DNA from: Bdellovibrionales bacterium
Lineage (GTDB): Bacteria; Bdellovibrionota; Bdellovibrionia; Bdellovibrionales; UBA1609
Length of the DNA stretch: 64,000 nucleotides
Direction: 5' to 3'
Assembly (NCBI GenBank): GCA_965200875.1
Contig: OZ241456.1
Span: 64,001-128,000 of the forward strand
Shown: in pieces, positions 60,694-64,000 of the stretch
Layout: every line of letters begins with the position of its first letter
Numbering within the stretch: the first letter of the stretch is position 1
Notes under the pieces: model-generated
What the model was told of the DNA's origin: nothing
Seen by the model: only the letters and a program-made list of their open reading frames with translations
Databases searched by the model: none
Translations under genes and position numbers: made by a program

Positions 60694-61566
60694 TTATCCA
60701 TTTTTAAGAGCTTCCGCGCCTGAGCTTACTTCTATCAGCTCAGTGGTAATGGCACTTTGTCTCATTTTGTTAAAAGTCAAGGTCAGACGTGAGATAATAT
60801 CTCTCGCGTTTTTTGTGGCGTTTTCCATAGAAGTTCTGCGAGCACCATACTCTCCGGCCACACTTTCACACATACAACGATAAACCTGCACGGTAAAATG
60901 TTTTTTTATCAAATGCTCCAGCAACTCTTCTGGGGGTGTTTCAAAAATCAGATCTTGGGAAAAACGCTCCTGCTGTCTTAAAGAGGCTTTAGAAATATCC
61001 ACTGGCAAAAAAAGCTCCCGCTCCACTTTCTGAGAGATAACAGACTTAAAACTATTATACACAAAATAAATTCCATCGTACTTTCCATTTCCAAAACTTT
61101 CCATCAGCTTATGAGCCACTTTACCAGCCAGCGGATAGGAAATTTCCCGATCCAAATTAAACATCTCATCCACTGGAGCGATATTTCTAAACTGAAAATA
61201 ATTTTTGGCTTTCTTTCCTATGAAAAAAAAATCCATCTCATATTCTTTATGGGAGTGATAAAATTTTTCTGCAAAACGACAAATATTATTGTTAAAGCCT
61301 CCACAAAGTCCGCGATCAGAGGTCAAAACCACTAAAAGGACTTTTTTCAACCTGTCTTTTTTTCTCAAAAGGGGATGGTGAACCTTACAGGAAAGAGCCA
61401 CATCCGCCATAACAGACAAAATGTTTTCCGCATACGGGCGCAAATTTAAAATCCGTGCCTGAGCTTTTTTAAGCTTGGCCGTTGCCACCATTTTCATGGC
61501 TTGGGTGATCTGCTCTGTGTTTTTAACACTTACAATGCGACTTCTGATCTTTTTTAATCCACTCAT
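60694..61566 (-). CDS. atpG: ATP synthase F1 gamma
   Basis: IT.AMKMVA, SDRGLCG and RQ.AIT.EL.E motifs. Confidence 0.98.
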   Translation of the reverse strand: MSGLKKIRSRIVSVKNTEQITQAMKMVATAKLKKAQARILNLRPYAENILSVMADVALSCKVHHPLLRKKDRLKKVLLVVLTSDRGLCGGFNNNICRFAEKFYHSHKEYEMDFFFIGKKAKNYFQFRNIAPVDEMFNLDREISYPLAGKVAHKLMESFGNGKYDGIYFVYNSFKSVISQKVERELFLPVDISKASLRQQERFSQDLIFETPPEELLEHLIKKHFTVQVYRCMCESVAGEYGARRTSMENATKNARDIISRLTLTFNKMRQSAITTELIEVSSGAEALKNG

Positions 61567-61593
61567 TTATATTTTTACTCCCGGAAAAATTTT

Positions 61594-63102
61594 TCAGGAT
61601 TTAAAAACAGCTTTAAACTCTTGAAGAGTTTCTTTTATTTGTTCTTCTGTTTTTTCTGTAATCTTTTTTTCCTTTTTGATTCCAAGTAGTAATTCTGAAT
61701 ACCGGGTTTTTAAAAATTCTCTTAACTCCTTTTCGTAATCCAATACTTTTTTCTCAGGCAATGAATCCAGATAACCTTTTGTCGCTGAATAAATAAGCAC
61801 TATTTGCATTTCTATACTTAAAGGCTCTCCCTGACCTTGTTTTAAAATTTCCACCAACCTGCGCCCTCTTTCCAGCTGAGCCTGAGAGACTTTATCTAAA
61901 TCAGAGGCAAAAGCGGAAAAAGCCTCCAAAGCGCGAAACTGCGCAAGCTCCAGCTTTAAACTTCCCGCCACCTGCTTTATGGCTTTAATTTGTGCAGCCC
62001 CTCCCACTCGAGAAACCGACTTCCCAACATGGATGGCCGGACGAATACCCTTATGAAAAAGATCTGTCTCCAAAAAGATCTGTCCATCTGTAATAGAAAT
62101 TACATTAGTGGGAATGTAAGCGGAAATATCCCCAGCTTGAGTTTCAATGATGGGAAGAGCTGTAAGAGAGCCTCCTCCCTCTTTATCGCTCATTTTCGCC
62201 GCTCGCTCCAGAAGGCGGGAGTGAATATAAAAAATATCTCCTGGAAAAGCCTCCCGGCCAGGAGGTCTACGAAGTAACAAAGAGATTTGACGATAAGCCT
62301 GAGCCTGCTTGGTAAGATCATCATAAATGATAAGCGCGTGTTCCCCCTTATCCCTGAAGTATTCTGCCATAGCCACGCCCGCATAAGGGGCCAGAAATTG
62401 CAAGGGGGCAGGATCAGAGGCTCCGGCGGAAATGACTGTGGTGTAGTCCATAGCTCCGGCTTTCCTAAGCCTTTCCACTACTCCCGCCAAAGTGGATCTT
62501 TTCTGTCCTATAGCCACATAAAAACATTTAACATCTTTTCCTTTTTGATGAATAATACTGTCTATGGCAATAGCGGTTTTTCCCGTCTGCCGGTCTCCTA
62601 TAATCAGCTCTCTTTGTCCACGACCAATGGGAATAAGAGCATCAATGGCTTTGATTCCTGTTTGAAGAGGTTCGAACACAGGTTGCCGACTGATAATTCC
62701 TGGTGCTTTTCTCTCCACTTCCAAAAAATCCGTGGTCTTCAAAGGACCTAAACCATCCAAAGGACGCCCCAACACATCCACGACTCTTCCTAGGGTAGCG
62801 GGTCCCACGGGAACCTGAACAATTTTCCCTGTTCTTCTAACTTCTGCTCCTTCAAAAACTTCCTGATCTTCTCCTAAAATCACGACTCCAAGACTGTCTT
62901 TTTCCAGATTAAACACCATTCCAAACAGATCTTCCGAAAAAGACACCAATTCCCCTGCCTGCACCTTCTCTAAACCATAAACCCGACATACACCATCTCC
63001 AACAGAGATGGCCTGCCCCACTTCCTGATGGGAAATTTCTTTCTCATAGTTTTGAATTTGCGTCTTTAGTATCCGACTTATTTCACTGGCTTGCATGGTC
63101 AT
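61594..63102 (-). CDS. atpA: ATP synthase F1 alpha
   Basis: [20 protein letters not shown] and VSRVGG motifs. Confidence 0.99.
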   Translation of the reverse strand: MTMQASEISRILKTQIQNYEKEISHQEVGQAISVGDGVCRVYGLEKVQAGELVSFSEDLFGMVFNLEKDSLGVVILGEDQEVFEGAEVRRTGKIVQVPVGPATLGRVVDVLGRPLDGLGPLKTTDFLEVERKAPGIISRQPVFEPLQTGIKAIDALIPIGRGQRELIIGDRQTGKTAIAIDSIIHQKGKDVKCFYVAIGQKRSTLAGVVERLRKAGAMDYTTVISAGASDPAPLQFLAPYAGVAMAEYFRDKGEHALIIYDDLTKQAQAYRQISLLLRRPPGREAFPGDIFYIHSRLLERAAKMSDKEGGGSLTALPIIETQAGDISAYIPTNVISITDGQIFLETDLFHKGIRPAIHVGKSVSRVGGAAQIKAIKQVAGSLKLELAQFRALEAFSAFASDLDKVSQAQLERGRRLVEILKQGQGEPLSIEMQIVLIYSATKGYLDSLPEKKVLDYEKELREFLKTRYSELLLGIKKEKKITEKTEEQIKETLQEFKAVFKS

Positions 63103-63658
63103 AAAAGTTTCTCCTTATCTGATTTTCCATGATCGTTAAATGAAGTTTCAAAGTGTCATCAAAAATCTGTCCTCCGGCGGAAATTTTCAAGCCCCCTATA
63201 AGGTTTTTTTCTGTTGGCTTTTCCCGCAAAGTAATATTTTTATTAAAAGATGTCTCAAGTTTTTTTATTAATTTTTCTTTCAGCTCTTTATGAATCGGCC
63301 CTGATGACTCCACTTCCACAAACATCTCCCCTTTCAGCTCTTTTTCTCTATCTTCAAGATCAGTTAATATTGTTTGAAACTCCCTCCATCTTTTTTTTTC
63401 CAACAGCAAAAATAAAAAGGAGCGAACTGAACGCTGAAGTTTAAAAGAGTCAAAAACTTTTTGCAAAACGGATTTCTTTTGCGTTAAAGTCCAACAAGGA
63501 GACAGAAAAAATCTTTTTACTTCTGGAGACTTAAAACATTTTCCCAAGTTCTTTAATTCTTCTAAAGCCGTAAAAAAATCTTTTTCAGGAAGATTTTCAA
63601 AACTTTCTTCTAAAGCGCGTGCATAAGTACTGGCAATAGATCTCACATTCTCTCCCAT
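63083..63658 (-). CDS. atpH: ATP synthase delta
   Basis: IA..YARAL and LIGG....G....D motifs; position upstream of atpA. Confidence 0.92.
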   Translation of the reverse strand: MGENVRSIASTYARALEESFENLPEKDFFTALEELKNLGKCFKSPEVKRFFLSPCWTLTQKKSVLQKVFDSFKLQRSVRSFLFLLLEKKRWREFQTILTDLEDREKELKGEMFVEVESSGPIHKELKEKLIKKLETSFNKNITLREKPTEKNLIGGLKISAGGQIFDDTLKLHLTIMENQIRRNFYDHASQ

Positions 63659-64000
63659 TTTTGAACCATCTGATGATTTAATTTTTCAAAACTTTCCGGA
63701 CTCGCTTTCAAAAGCCTAGATCTGGTTTTTTGCATTACTGAAGATAAAAATCGATTTTTCAGTTTATTTAAGGCTTTTATTTTAATTCGTTTAAGCTCTT
63801 GTTCCACTTGTTCTTTTAAAACTTTCATTTCCTGTTTTTCCCGCGTCTCCCACTCTGTTTTTAAGTTATCTAAAGCTTTTGCCACAGTAGATTCCATATT
63901 TTTTTCTTTTTTTATGAGGGCCTGCACTTTATCCTCCAGTAAGAGGTAAGCGGATTGATTCTGTTTTTCCAGAAAAGACGCTTTTTTTTTATACTCTGTA
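63643..64000 (-). CDS. atpF: ATP synthase F0 subunit b (5' part outside the window)
   Basis: Charged helical ORF overlapping the atpH start; assigned by operon position. Confidence 0.65.
   Translation of the reverse strand, partial: TEYKKKASFLEKQNQSAYLLLEDKVQALIKKEKNMESTVAKALDNLKTEWETREKQEMKVLKEQVEQELKRIKIKALNKLKNRFLSSVMQKTRSRLLKASPESFEKLNHQMVQKWERM

Overview
AT-rich bacterial chromosome segment that looks like Bdellovibrionota. This is inferred from an HBb/Bd0055-like histone, an spd/mtEF-G1-type fusA, a membrane-arm-only nuoAHJKLMN cluster near the F1 atp genes, and MIDAS/VWA lipoproteins. Most of the window is housekeeping: menF-aroF/menG, cutA, dcd-fusA, recQ, groES-groEL, mrcA-uvrA, xseA-xseB-ispA, pepP, mreB, lolA, comF, tatBC, hemW-grpE-DnaJ-like, lon, nuo, mfd and atpFHAGDC. 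A 6S RNA sits on the minus strand at about 26.44-26.61 kb. The most unusual observations are: (1) a subtilisin-like protease whose catalytic motifs are divided between two ATGA-coupled genes, each with its own signal peptide (45.1-47.6 kb); (2) a divergent bacterial histone convergent with a SAM methyltransferase (11.8-13.1 kb); (3) a 2.5-kb patch of phage-like fragments containing a pentapeptide-repeat gene between perfect 18-bp inverted repeats; (4) a decayed copy of part of atpC between nuoA and mfd; (5) five sigma28/FliA-like promoters; (6) a shared C-terminal tripeptide pattern on secreted orphan proteins. No CRISPR array, rRNA, tRNA or intact transposase/integrase was recognised. All calls are by eye from motifs; no database search was run.
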